A stretch of 52,139 nt of DNA, counting the filler, from Ionaspis alba (lineage: Eukaryota): NCBI GenBank assembly GCA_964255285.1. It is 2 parts of 2 records of this genome, joined end to end, with 100 filler letters (N's around TTAATTAATTAA, not from the genome) between each part and the next. Parts side by side here need not be neighbours in the genome. Positions count along the whole stretch, not along the records: positions 1 to 26,025 come from CAXUUL010000150.1; 1 more part is not named here. The stretch is one strand, 5' to 3'. Both the position numbers and the translations under genes were made by a program. Positions 1 to 10,481 of the stretch are shown in pieces (the stretch's first letter is position 1; each line of letters starts with the position of its first letter). The notes beneath the pieces were generated by a model. It was not told where the DNA came from. It ran no database searches and saw only the letters and a program-made list of their open reading frames with translations.

Positions 1-45
1 CTGGAAGGCGTGAGCGAGTGACAAGGTCACAGAAGTGTGCTTCAT
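1..45 (-). CDS. Possible 5' end of a gene running off the left edge (MKHTSVTLSLAHAFQ...)
   Basis: ATG at 45 in cagccATG context, open frame to the window edge, TATA-like TATAGAAA about 85-90 nt upstream on the minus strand. Only 15 codons visible. Confidence 0.2.
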   Translation of the reverse strand, partial: MKHTSVTLSLAHAFQ

Positions 46-827
46 GGCTGCTGTTAAGGTGGAGGATAGATGGTCAATCGAGACGTAGTTGAACCTGGCA
101 TTTTTCGACGATGAGGTTGGGCTATTTTTCTATAGGGCTGATTGGAGGATGGGCTTAAATGCCAAAGTAAAGTCTGCAGCGCCGCTTCAGGACGAGGGTG
201 AGGCCGCTTTAGAGTCGGGCGAGCCTCACAACTAAGGCACTTCTCGCTGCGCTAAGGGAGACAAGTGAATAAGATATGAAACTTTATGCTTGTTCAAAGG
301 CAGTCTATTACATAGAGGCCTACTACAAGGTACGATATATCCCGATCATTCGGAGTAGTAAGGCGTAGGAAAAGCCTTTATTAATACTCCCTGGCTGTTG
401 CACTGATTCGCTACGATCTTTGTACTTTATAAATAGAAGCGATGGCTCGCTTGGTTGATGGCCATAAATTGGAGACGTAGCAAAGCCCAGGTACGAAGTC
501 TGTTGATATTACACATTTCGTGAGTCTATTGGCATTGGACACAGGTTGTCCATCGGTCTTTGCGGACTTGAAAACGGGTGTATAAAAACTGTTGCTGATC
601 CTGCCCGGCAGGATCGGAGGAAAAAATGCAGAGAAGAAATGACTCAGAGCCCTCGACATCCTGCAAATCCGAAAGAACAATTTTGAAAATCAAGCAATAT
701 TCACTGGCGTGGGCACAAACTGGGAAAATAATCACGTGATGTTATTTTCTTACCCCGGAGCTCAAAAGCAGTCACAAAAGGGTACGGATCCTCACATCGT
801 CTATTCGCGAGCAGCCTTATTCGAAAC

Positions 828-1508
828 TCATGTCCCGAACCTCAGATTGACCCCAGTTCCCGCAATAATCGCCGTCGCTACTAGCGGCATCACCACCCTT
901 CCCACATGCCATTTCTGCCAGTCACTCAACAACTCCGCAATCTCCTCGTCCCTTTTATCTCCGAAGTTCTCCTTGCCCATTTTCTCCAGCTCTGTTTGCA
1001 TAGCGGCAATCTTATCATTGGTGGGGAATATCAGGTATATCTCCCATGGTCCTGTTGCCACTAACGTCGCTATTGCGAGAATGTAGGGAGACCACACTGA
1101 CATGGTGTCTGAGTGTGAGCGCTCTTTGAGATCCGTGGACGCTTGAGTGTGAGAGAGATAGGCGATGACAAGCATAAAGACAGGCAGTGCTCGGCTAGTT
1201 GGTTGGAGGTACTTGCCGCCAAGGTAGATGGCGTGGTTGAATTGTCGGCATTTCGTAAGGGTGCTTGGGGCGAGGCGAACGACGGGCATCACCCATACAA
1301 GCATACCGATGGCGACTCCTGTGTGGAGGCGGTGTATTGTTAGTTTCGTGTTTTCAATGGAATGGGTGAGGAAGAGGGTAGCATGAGAGGTGCAGGCTGG
1401 AAATGGGAGCAGCTTACCTGTGAGACACCCTAATGCCGTAGTGGTGAAGGTATGGAGAATTTTTAGGACCAGTGGGTCGTTGAAGGATGTTGGAATAGAG
1501 GAAGCCAT
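828..1508 (-). CDS. DUF1772/anthrone-oxygenase-like multi-pass membrane protein (about 193 aa spliced)
   Basis: Hydrophobic segments plus family-like C-terminal motifs (YLIFPTNDKIAAM...ELLSDWQKWHVGR). One 99-nt intron 1417-1319 (GTAAGC...CTAAC...CAG). Confidence 0.65.
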   Translation of the reverse strand: MASSIPTSFNDPLVLKILHTFTTTALGCLTGKLLPFPACTSHATLFLTHSIENTKLTIHRLHTGVAIGMLVWVMPVVRLAPSTLTKCRQFNHAIYLGGKYLQPTSRALPVFMLVIAYLSHTQASTDLKERSHSDTMSVWSPYILAIATLVATGPWEIYLIFPTNDKIAAMQTELEKMGKENFGDKRDEEIAELLSDWQKWHVGRVVMPLVATAIIAGTGVNLRFGT

Positions 1509-2025
1509 CCTTAATGCTCAATTATGTTTAGCAGAGAAGTGATACGGTTGAGGCATGTAGCCGTAGTATTTGAAGGTTGGGGAGGCCCAACCTGGTCAGG
1601 CTTAGACATTCATTTCGTAAGGAGATCAGGCCCTTTGACCTGTCCGGCAGTCATATCATCATTTTCGGCACCGGAAGATCTTTCCCTCCGGTTGGGAATG
1701 TAAGGTAATCATGACATGATGACCAAATACGAATTATACCGAAGCACCAGGCTATAGTGGCTGCACTCGAAGCGATTTGAAAAAAAAGATCTGAATACCA
1801 GTTTGCCGGCGCTGGTGATGCTGAACTCGTCAGAAACGGAAACGAAATTCAGCCGAGGAACACCTTGGCCGATTCGCAAAATGCTGTTCGCGGCTAACTA
1901 CTACATATATCTCGAACGCGACGTAGATACGTCGGCCAATTGGGGCGACAGATGGCAATATAGAAACGGATGAAATCCTTCACCGTTTCCAGATCAGACG
2001 GTGCGACGTCCTGGCACAGTCAGTG

Positions 2026-2416
2026 CTAGCGCGCCATTTCTCCGTTGGGCAGATCCAGACCACGGCTTGCGGCGTCACGCAGCATCTCAGCGAGCTGCCA
2101 CCTGGCCAGAGGAAGTCAGAGAGGAGTCGGACGAGTCAAGACTACCCAAGAACTCGGGGCAATTGGAAGGGAGATGAAAATTGGGGCGCTCACTGAACAT
2201 AGCGGTGCAAGATCGCACCTTGGTCGCGGATGATCTTCCTCACGTGCTTCCCTCCATGCCTGGCTCGATCACATTCTCTGCAAGACCCTCTCTTGTAGCC
2301 CTTGGCTGCGGCTTGGGCGAGCAGCTCTTCCGCAGTGGCTCGCCGACCTATCGCAAGGCGGGAGATGCATTCTCAGCTCATCTCAAGTCTTATGATATCT
2401 TTATACTGCCGTCCAT
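2026..2416 (-). CDS. Candidate small spliced orphan gene (79 aa)
   Basis: Exons 2416-2407, 2347-2194, 2101-2026 total 240 nt. Introns GTATAA..CTGAG..TAG (59 nt) and GTGAGC..CTGAC..CAG (92 nt) join into an open frame. No homology recognised. Confidence 0.3.
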
Positions 2417-2716
2417 CGAGTATTCCCATTGATCAAAGATGTGGCGGTAGAAATCTGATACCGAAAAACCCGAACCTTTAATTTGACTGCTTTAGGATGC
2501 TGGACTCTATTCGATTGGTTCGGTGAGTCAAAAGACTGCTGCGCGAAAATTATTTTATCGTAAATCTTTCGCCACGATGATCAGACCAAATTTGGCGGGA
2601 GCTCCCCTCAGTCACAGGTGTGGGTCACTCACATTGACCACACCAGCGACTGTAAGTCAGCCGTGCATTGGAAACTCTCAGAGGATATGATCTCTGCTAT
2701 CGAGAACATTGTGAGA

Positions 2717-3575
2717 TTAGGCTTCTCTGATAGATTCTTTAGTACTCTCCCTAGCTGCCTGCTCCGGTTCTTCTTCATCTTCTCCGTCCCCTTCCAGCTC
2801 TTCCCTTTCGTTGTTATCGGCAGCAGCAATGAATCCAACGGTAGCGGCTCTGACAAGCTCAAATGCAATGCAACATATGAAGCATAGAAATATGTTTCTA
2901 TTATCATTCTCTCCCGGTACATTGTTTCCTCCAGAGGTCCAGAGAGTCCCGAGATACACACCCAAGCCGGGCACTAAGGACCAAGTTGTAAAGCTTAGCC
3001 CTCGTGCGGGGGAAGCCAACTGCATGACGGGGTCAATAGCAGCCCCATTACATTCTTCCTGCGTGTCTTCGTCCACGACACGGAAGCTAAGTCTCAATCT
3101 GATCTGTCTAGGATCTTGCCAGCTTGACAAGCGTACCAGTTGCAAGAGACTCAATTCGACAGTGAAGAGCCCGTAGGTGAGCGCAATAACAAAGAGGCCT
3201 CTGCATGTCCAGTGTGCGATTTGAACAGAAGGTAAGGACAGGGCTGTGATGGCGATTTGTGCAAAGACGGCGCCCTTTACGGAAAATCAGTAATGAAAAG
3301 GGCTCGGGGGGTCAACGAAGCCGTACTGATACACCAGTCGTCGTACAAACCGTTGATCTTAGTTGTCGAAAGTCTTTCAGATCTTCATCCGAGCCATGCA
3401 AAACCATACGATCGACAACATATAATAGAGAAGAGTTGTTGGTGCTGTCTAGGATTTTCCAAATAGATTCGAAGAACAGGTAGCTATTCGCGTTCCGTCT
3501 TCCATATCGGGTGCGCAGTCGTCTTCGAAAATCATCCTTGGCCTTGTTGATCTTCGTCTTTTTGCTCGTTGTCAT
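2717..3575 (-). CDS. Hypothetical fungal multi-pass membrane protein with acidic tail (about 268 aa)
   Basis: Exons 3575-3327 and 3274-2717 joined by a 52-nt intron (GTACGG..CTGAT..AAG). The product reads ...TTTGVS|GAVFAQIAITALSLPSVQIAHWTCRGLFVIALTYGLF..., with several TM-like stretches and a Glu-rich end. Confidence 0.65.
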
Positions 3576-4040
3576 AAGGTAGATCTAGATATATTTCTGT
3601 ATTCGCACCGAATGGCTTTGCCCGTACTGCCGCTTTAGGATCGTGACGCAATTTTGCAAGCCTGGCCGGACGGTCAAGACAATAGAACACCTCTTACCAG
3701 GCACAATCGCTGAAGGAAGAATTTCTGCTCCGGTAAAGTACTTGCTCACGTAAGAACTCTATCCCGTGAATCCTACCGTGTCCCTGTTAGTAAACGGAGC
3801 TTGATTTGCGAGTCAAGCTAGAGAGCGGCGCCAACAACAGGAGGCGAGCGGGCGGTGCGATGACGACGGTTGCCCAGGCCCCACCAGATCGCAGAACGTT
3901 TCTCCCTTCCATTCCCTGAATAAGACTTCCCTGAGGTTAAGGGATTGTATCCAAAAACACAGTTGCCTACTATTACTTTGATAAGTAGATAGACTAGAGC
4001 ATTCATTTCCCAGTAATTCACCGTCTGTTGTTGGATCGCC

Positions 4041-5395
4041 ATGTCCTCGTCCAAGGAAGAAGGTGCAGGTGTTGCCCCTCAGAACAAAGGCTCGTGGTCT
4101 TCATTCCTCAAGGTAAATCAACCCATCGCACTCGGTTGCCCCTCTGTCTTCCACACAGCCATGCTAAAGTTCGTCAAGTCGATAGCATCGTTCAATGGTG
4201 ATCTTGCCTCCCTCACTGCTCCTCCCTTTATCCTAGGAACCATCTCCTTGACCGAATTCTCGTCCTATTGGGCCGAACATCCTTCCATCTTTGTTGCACC
4301 TGCATCCGAGCCAGATCCTGCAAAGCGGGCACTGTTGGTTCTTAAATGGTTCTTGAGCACCCTGAAGCAGCAGTATTGCAGCAGAAGTGACAAGCTCGGA
4401 TCGGAGAAGAAGCCGCTAAATCCATTTCTCGGGGAGCTGTATCTGGGCAAATGGGAGGACCAGGTTGGTACTACGCAGCTAGTCTCAGAACAAGTCAGGT
4501 ACGTTATGATACCGAATTCCTCAAGAGTCAAACTGACGCGTCGGAAGTCATCACCCACCTGTCACGGCTTACTGCATCTGGAATGAAAAGCATGGCGTAC
4601 GGGTAAGAATACTCCGACACTGGCTTTGCGAGGCATAAACTGACAGCTTGCGCCCCTCAGCTTCAAGGATACAACGCGCAGAAGGCGTCTTTCTCTCGCA
4701 CCATCCATGTCAAGCAAATCGGCCACGCCCTCCTCCATCTCGATGCTTACAACGAAGACTACCTATTTACCCTCCCATCCCTCCACATTGAAGGACTCAT
4801 CTACGGCAATCCTTTCGTCGAGCTAGATAAATCAACATACATCGTCTCATCCTCCGGATTCATCTCCAAGATAGACTACACAGGAAAGGGCTGGATGTCG
4901 GGCAAGAAGAACAGCTTCACAGCCACGATGTTCAAAGAAGGTAACGAAAAGGATCCGTTGTACTCGGTAGAAGGACAGTGGAGCGAAGCTTTTACGATCC
5001 ATGAGGGCTCAAAAAAGCATGGCAAAACGGTGGACAGCTACGCTGCAAAGGATGTGAAGACAACTCCACTCTACGTTGCGCCACTTGAGAAACAAGACCC
5101 TCTCGAGTCCAAGAAGGCTTGGGGGAAGGTTCAGGACGCAATCATCAAAGGCGATATGGACACCACAAATTACGAAAAGAGCAAGATCGAGAACTCGCAA
5201 CGAGAGCTGAGGAAGAAGGAAGCGGCCGAGGGTAAGGAATGGGAGCGGAGGTTTTTCTCAAAGGTTTCGAGCGATCCTCTCTTCGAGAAGTTGGCAAAGC
5301 CGATTGGAGAGCGGATCGAGGCAGATAAGACGGGCGGGATTTGGCGTTTTGATGTTACTAAGGCGAGCAAGGCGCCGATGAGCCAGAATTCGTGA
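4041..5395 (+). CDS. KES1: Oxysterol-binding protein, Osh4/Kes1 type (about 393 aa)
   Basis: [36 protein letters not shown] and the OSBP signature EQVS|HHPP. Introns 4113-4178, 4499-4547, 4603-4660. Confidence 0.95.
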
Positions 5396-5610
5396 TCTAG
5401 GAAGCGGAAGTTTAACTACATTCTAGATGAGCAGATGGGCTTTGTAGTTCGACATCGACATCGAGCAGCCTTTATTTAATAGAATGAATCCGGACACTCC
5501 CACACGACTGCTTTGCTTCCTACATTCATCTGTAATGTGGTTCCATAGTTGCTCATAAAAGTTCCAGGATTTGATGTAAGCAGAACTTTGCCACGGCTTC
5601 TCATCCCGTG

Positions 5611-6460
5611 TTGGAGCATGAAGCACCTATCCTTGCGACAACGACAACCTGCATATTTAAGAACAAAGAGAGCGGCGTTAACAATCTTGTCAGAAGAGGG
5701 TCATTAGTGCAATCTCTCGAAGGCTAGTCCGCGATTGAAGTCTTCCTCTTCCAATAGTTTATCAAGTGTCAACAGCTTCTTGGAGCTACATTCCACATAC
5801 GTATCTTGAGAGTAGAATGTTCCGATCTCTTTAGCCATCTGTCTACCTTGATTCCTAGTGACATTATGTCGATCGTCTATTGAATTGTCGTCGTCCCGGA
5901 GGTCACTCTTAGTGCCAACAAGTATTCGGCGTGCTCTTGGGGCGTGATATTTTATCTCAGGATGCCACTTTTCACGGATCCTTCTCAACGTCGCAGGGTT
6001 GTCGATCGAGAAACAGAGAAGGAAGACATCGGTTTGAGGATCAGAAAGAGGACGTGGACCGTCAAAGGCGTCGTCGCCGATCGTGTCCCAGAGTGTAACG
6101 TTGTATATTTTCTTGTCAACTCTGCAAGTTGCAGATGATCTGACATTGTGCATGAAGCTCGGCTTTCAAGAACTTCAATCCAGGCAAATTCCAACCATAT
6201 CGCAGTGCTTCCTTGCTTCAACATATGTATAGGGGTAGCGAAGAAAAGGAAGCTCAAGTAATGAGGGCTATACAGAGATTGAAAATATACTTACTCTACA
6301 GATACATCAGACTCATCAACGCGGGTATGGGGAGGTTCCAACCATCTGACCGTAACCCTGGAACGGACTGGCTAGATGTGGATCTTGTAATAAGGTGAGA
6401 CTCTCCAGTATCGTTATCACCTACCACGACACATTTGATGGACTTCTCGAGGTCGTCCAT
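5611..6460 (-). pseudogene. Degenerate Rho-family (Rac/Cdc42-like) GTPase: pseudogene or pseudo-GTPase
   Basis: IKCVVVGDNDTGES (G1), LWDTIGDD (G3), RPLSDPQTDVFLLCFS, LVGTKSDLRDD (G4), YVECSS (G5). An apparent last exon from 5685 reads IVNAALFVLKYAGCRCRKDRCFML followed by CAA. Switch-I exon structure unresolved. Confidence 0.7.
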
Positions 6461-6624
6461 AGCTTCTGAATATATAACAGCAGATTGAGCCGAGGACAGC
6501 ACAGACGGGAAAATGCTGAACCATCATGACCACATGTAGAGGCATGATTTGGACCATTACCCGATGATTGCACAGAAAGGACATACAGTGCCAAGCCGCT
6601 ACTTAAATTCCTGGTCGATGGTGG

Positions 6625-6640
6625 CGCGACGCGTTCGCGT
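6625..6640. promoter_or_regulatory. MCB-like (MBF-binding) element cluster upstream of CDT2
   Basis: CGCGACGCGTTCGCGT: a perfect ACGCGT at 6629-6634 and three CGCG cores in 16 bp, about 150 bp upstream of the CDT2 ATG. Confidence 0.65.
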
Positions 6641-6783
6641 ACTCGAGCACTTATGCCGAGGACGTACATCATACTCGCTTCGAACTTTCCATAGCTCTAC
6701 TGATATAATTTCAAATGCATTTGCCTAACTCTATGATTTCAACATCGCATTTAAAAGTCTCTTAGCCTCCGGGAAACTAGCCC

Positions 6784-9020
6784 ATGTCTACTACTCAATG
6801 GCCCACGCCAGTTGGGGCGCTCCTTTCTTCCCCACCTAGGGCAGCTCTAGGGCAGAAGCCGAAGAAAAAGGCCACTGTGACTCCTCGAAGATTTGGAAGG
6901 TTCTTCACGCCTAGGACATCGTCGGAGCGAGGCAGAAAGGATGGTACGAGGAGAAGGGTCTTCGGCGACATCACCACTCTCGCAACCAATCAAAGAAGTC
7001 CTAAGAGAAGGCGTATTCAAGATACCTCCGCCAATCCTACCGAGGGAAATGACACCGATGGTCTGGGATTTGAAGATCTCCCAAGCAAAGTCAAGGGGCA
7101 CTTCTGTACACCAGACACTACACCAGAACGTTCGAGTCCATTGAAGCGGTACGATCAGGCAGGTTATGGTACTATCACGCCACCACGCAGAATCTCTGCT
7201 GGCAGCGCCGAGTATCTCACCGACACCAGGAAACAACTTCGAGACTTGCCGCAACCCATCGTCAGAGCAGGCTATCGTGGGAAACTCGGGGGTCGAATAA
7301 GCAGAGAGTTAGGCTGGACAAGCGAAGATCCAAGTAATTCGTACTGTTCAGGTCAGGGATGCTCCACGTACTAGGTGATCCTAATTCTGACCAGACCAGA
7401 TTGGCAGAGTGACACAACCAACTTTTATAGCAGGTCGGAGGACGTCCATGTTTGCAACAACATTGTAGGACATACGCCGGATAAAGCACTCCCTTTCTGC
7501 ACAGCGAGTTGCAATAGTAAGTGCTCCAATAGCTTACTAGAAGAGGTACCCAACTGACCCATTGATTAGCAAATTCTCTTGTGGCCATTGGCGACGAGGA
7601 AGGAGGAGTCCGACTCTTAGAGTCTTCCAAAGGTGGGACTCCCAGCTTTTCCCGAAAATACCTTAGCTTCCGACCACACGCAAATGCAATTCTCGACCTT
7701 GCCTTCTCGTCCGATGACATGCTATTGGCCACTGCTTCAGGCGATCAGACATCTAGAGTCATAGATATGTCCACTCAGCGTGCCATTCGTACATTATCGG
7801 GCCATGTTTCGTCTGTGAAGCAGGTCTGCTTCCAGCCGGGTGGCACGAACAATGTCATTGCAACATCGAGTCGAGATGGAAGCGTACAGGTATGGGATTT
7901 GAGATCAAAAGGCTCTAGTCGTCCGGTCGGATATCTCAAAGTATGCTTTGAGGGGATTTCTGCGGACAACGGAGCCGACTCTCCAAGCTCTGATATGACC
8001 TGGGCTCCTCCAATATACACAATCGAGCGAGCACATCTCGCCCGTGGAACTATGGCTTCAAATACCGCACTGCCCGCTTCAAGGTCAGCGTCCGTGACGG
8101 ACAAAAGTACAAGGGCCGAGCCGGCAGGACGTCGTGGCGATGTTTCGATTACTGGTCTCTCTTTTCTCTCACCTTCTCGCTCGCATCTCCTCCTCACCAG
8201 CTCTGAAGCAAATGCTAGTGTCAAGCTCTGGGATCTCAGATCGACGCACAACTCAAGGCGAGGTGGACCAACGCCCCTATCAACTACGCGCCAGCCGGAA
8301 AGTCATGATCTCCATCGACAGTTCGGCTTGACCTCAATGGTTCTCAGTAATGATGCTGCAAGAGTGTATACACTGTGTAGAGACAATTCCGTCTACGCAT
8401 ACTCAACTTCTCATCTCATCCTGGGCTCAGCACCAGAGTTAGGCCCAAGTACGACAAAGGCACGGCGATCTGGTGGAGCGGAAAAGGAAGGTCTGGGGCC
8501 ACTCTATGGCTTCCGCCATCCAAAGTTGCATGCTGCGAGCTTCTATGTCAGGTTGGCGGTTCGCCCTGCGAACGGGGACAAAACCGAACTCCTGGCCGTG
8601 GGGAGTAATGATTGCTGTGCTGTGGTGTTCCCCACCGACGAGCGGTATATGTCTCGGCGCACACGTCCAGTCCCCTCCTTTTCTGCGATCCTACCATCGA
8701 GTACTTCTCTACCACCGATTTCGAGTCGGTCTAGACGAGCTCGTCCGTTTGCTGGTCTTGATGCTTCGAATGCACGCCTCAACGATAGAATTCCCATTTA
8801 TCAACATGGATCAGCACTCGTTAGAGGACACGACAAGGAAGTCACTGGAATGAGTTGGACTAGTGAGGGAGAATTGATAACTGTCGGTGATGATTACCAG
8901 GTAAGAGTGTGGAGAGAGGGTCCAGAGGCGGAAGATTTGCGGACTGGTGGCGAGGACGAAGGCCGGAGGTGGGGATCCGGCTGGGCAGAGAGTTTGCCGG
9001 ATTGGGATGAGGAGTGTTGA
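6784..9020 (+). CDS. cdt2: WD40 protein Cdt2/DTL, CRL4 substrate receptor (about 711 aa)
   Basis: VTPRRFGRFFTPR, DWQSDTTNFYS, VAIGDEEGGVRLL, HANAILDLAFSSDDMLLATASGDQT, SFYVRLA, GHDKEVTGMSW. Introns 7352-7399 and 7517-7569. Confidence 0.88.
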
Positions 9021-9155
9021 TAATGATGAAAGTCAATGGAAATTTCAGCGATCGATTGCTCGCCTAGGTCAAGGCTCTCGGTGTTAGAGGTCTTGTGCAT
9101 AGGACTTATGGTGATGGTTTGAACGGTATCAGGATGACATGTGACGGAGCCATGT

Positions 9156-10124
9156 CTACACCTTGCCTTCCTTATTGACCTCACATGCTTCCTCTTTCTT
9201 GATCTTCTGGATATCTTCATCCAAGATGGCCAGTTCTGCTTCAACGCGTAGTAACTTTTCTTGGAGCATGCCTTCATACTCCTCATCGCTCAATGATTTC
9301 ATAGGAACCCACTTCTTGTCCGCAAGTCTCTGTAAGAATGACCGCTCTGGTGCCTGCGAAGTAGTGAGGGCTTTCGAGACCTGAGCAGTATGTGATGCGT
9401 CTAGCGAGTTATAAATACCCTGCCCGACAGCTCCAAAGAGAGCAAACATTAATGTGCCAGGTATGACATTGGCGCGACCGCCTGTAGCAAGTCATTCACT
9501 AATCATACGAAAGATAAGCCATAACTCACGAGTCAGGGCAGCAACTCCTCCCCCTGCCAAGCCGCCTGCCACACTACTGACATAGATCTTTTCCTTCGGA
9601 GATATCGATTGAGATTTTCGAGAATTAAGGATAATGCCTCGGGCTCCTACGTAAGCTTAGTTGTTACCCAGTACCACATTGATCAAGGGGCCCCTGGAGG
9701 AAATTGTACCCCAGAAGCTGGTTCCTAGAGCGAACCACTGAATGCTAGATGCCAGAGCGAATATGATTGGATTACTGGACCGAACAAGGCCTGTGATCGA
9801 GCCGAAAAGGAGACCCGTGGCACCTGGAACAATCAGAAGAGTACTATTCCAGACAAGTCACGGAACATATCAGGGTGACATGGCAAATTTTAGTTTATCC
9901 GGATGAAGTGAGAAGACAGAGATCCTGAGGAAGATGGAGCAAAAAGGAATGAAAATTCAACGTCAATGGGTCGCAAGCTTTTGAATCACTGTGGCGGAAT
10001 TTGCGAGGCAAAGTGACTGTGAAAGCGCCTTACCACTCAAACCTCCTACGCTCAGCGCTGACTTAATAATGTTCTGAGGGCTCTGCCGAGTCTCCGATAT
10101 CTCATCTAGACCATTATTTACCAT
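9156..10124 (-). CDS. Conserved fungal Tim17/Tim22/Tim23-like small membrane protein (about 215 aa)
   Basis: Exons 10124-10034, 9823-9710, 9646-9530, 9481-9156 total 648 nt. Gly-rich TM helices (GATGLLFG, QWFALGTSFW, AGGLAGGGVA, NVIPGTLMFALFG) and a coiled-coil C-terminus. Confidence 0.75.
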
Positions 10125-10481
10125 AGTGCAGTAAACAAGGAAAGGAGTAAGACAACGTGTCCCTCGAAGTCCAAATATTGATAGAGTTTTGTTGATGCGG
10201 TCGTCTGATCGGGCATCGGACCCGATATCGCCGATACAGCCGATCGGCTAGCGGTAAAAATAAATCTCCACAAGCCTCCGCCCGCCAAAGAAAAAGAGAA
10301 TGAGGTCAAACTGCCAACTTCATCGTCAGATTTAATCTACACCAATTCAACATTCACGAACCAATAGACAGCGCATACGAATATCAGACCCAGCAAGTTC
10401 GAGTGAATTCGCTGGAAGTCAGCATCAGAGTGCAGCCAGCGCGCAGGTTAATCCAAGCGCGCACACAATTGAGCCGCAATC

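Noticed and set aside
400..800. Short ORFs and a possible gtacga..cacag intron
   Set aside because: Frames contain stops and no recognisable product.
1810..1850. CTGACGA hammerhead-like core on the minus strand
   Set aside because: No stem II followed by GAAA, and no cleavage triplet geometry.
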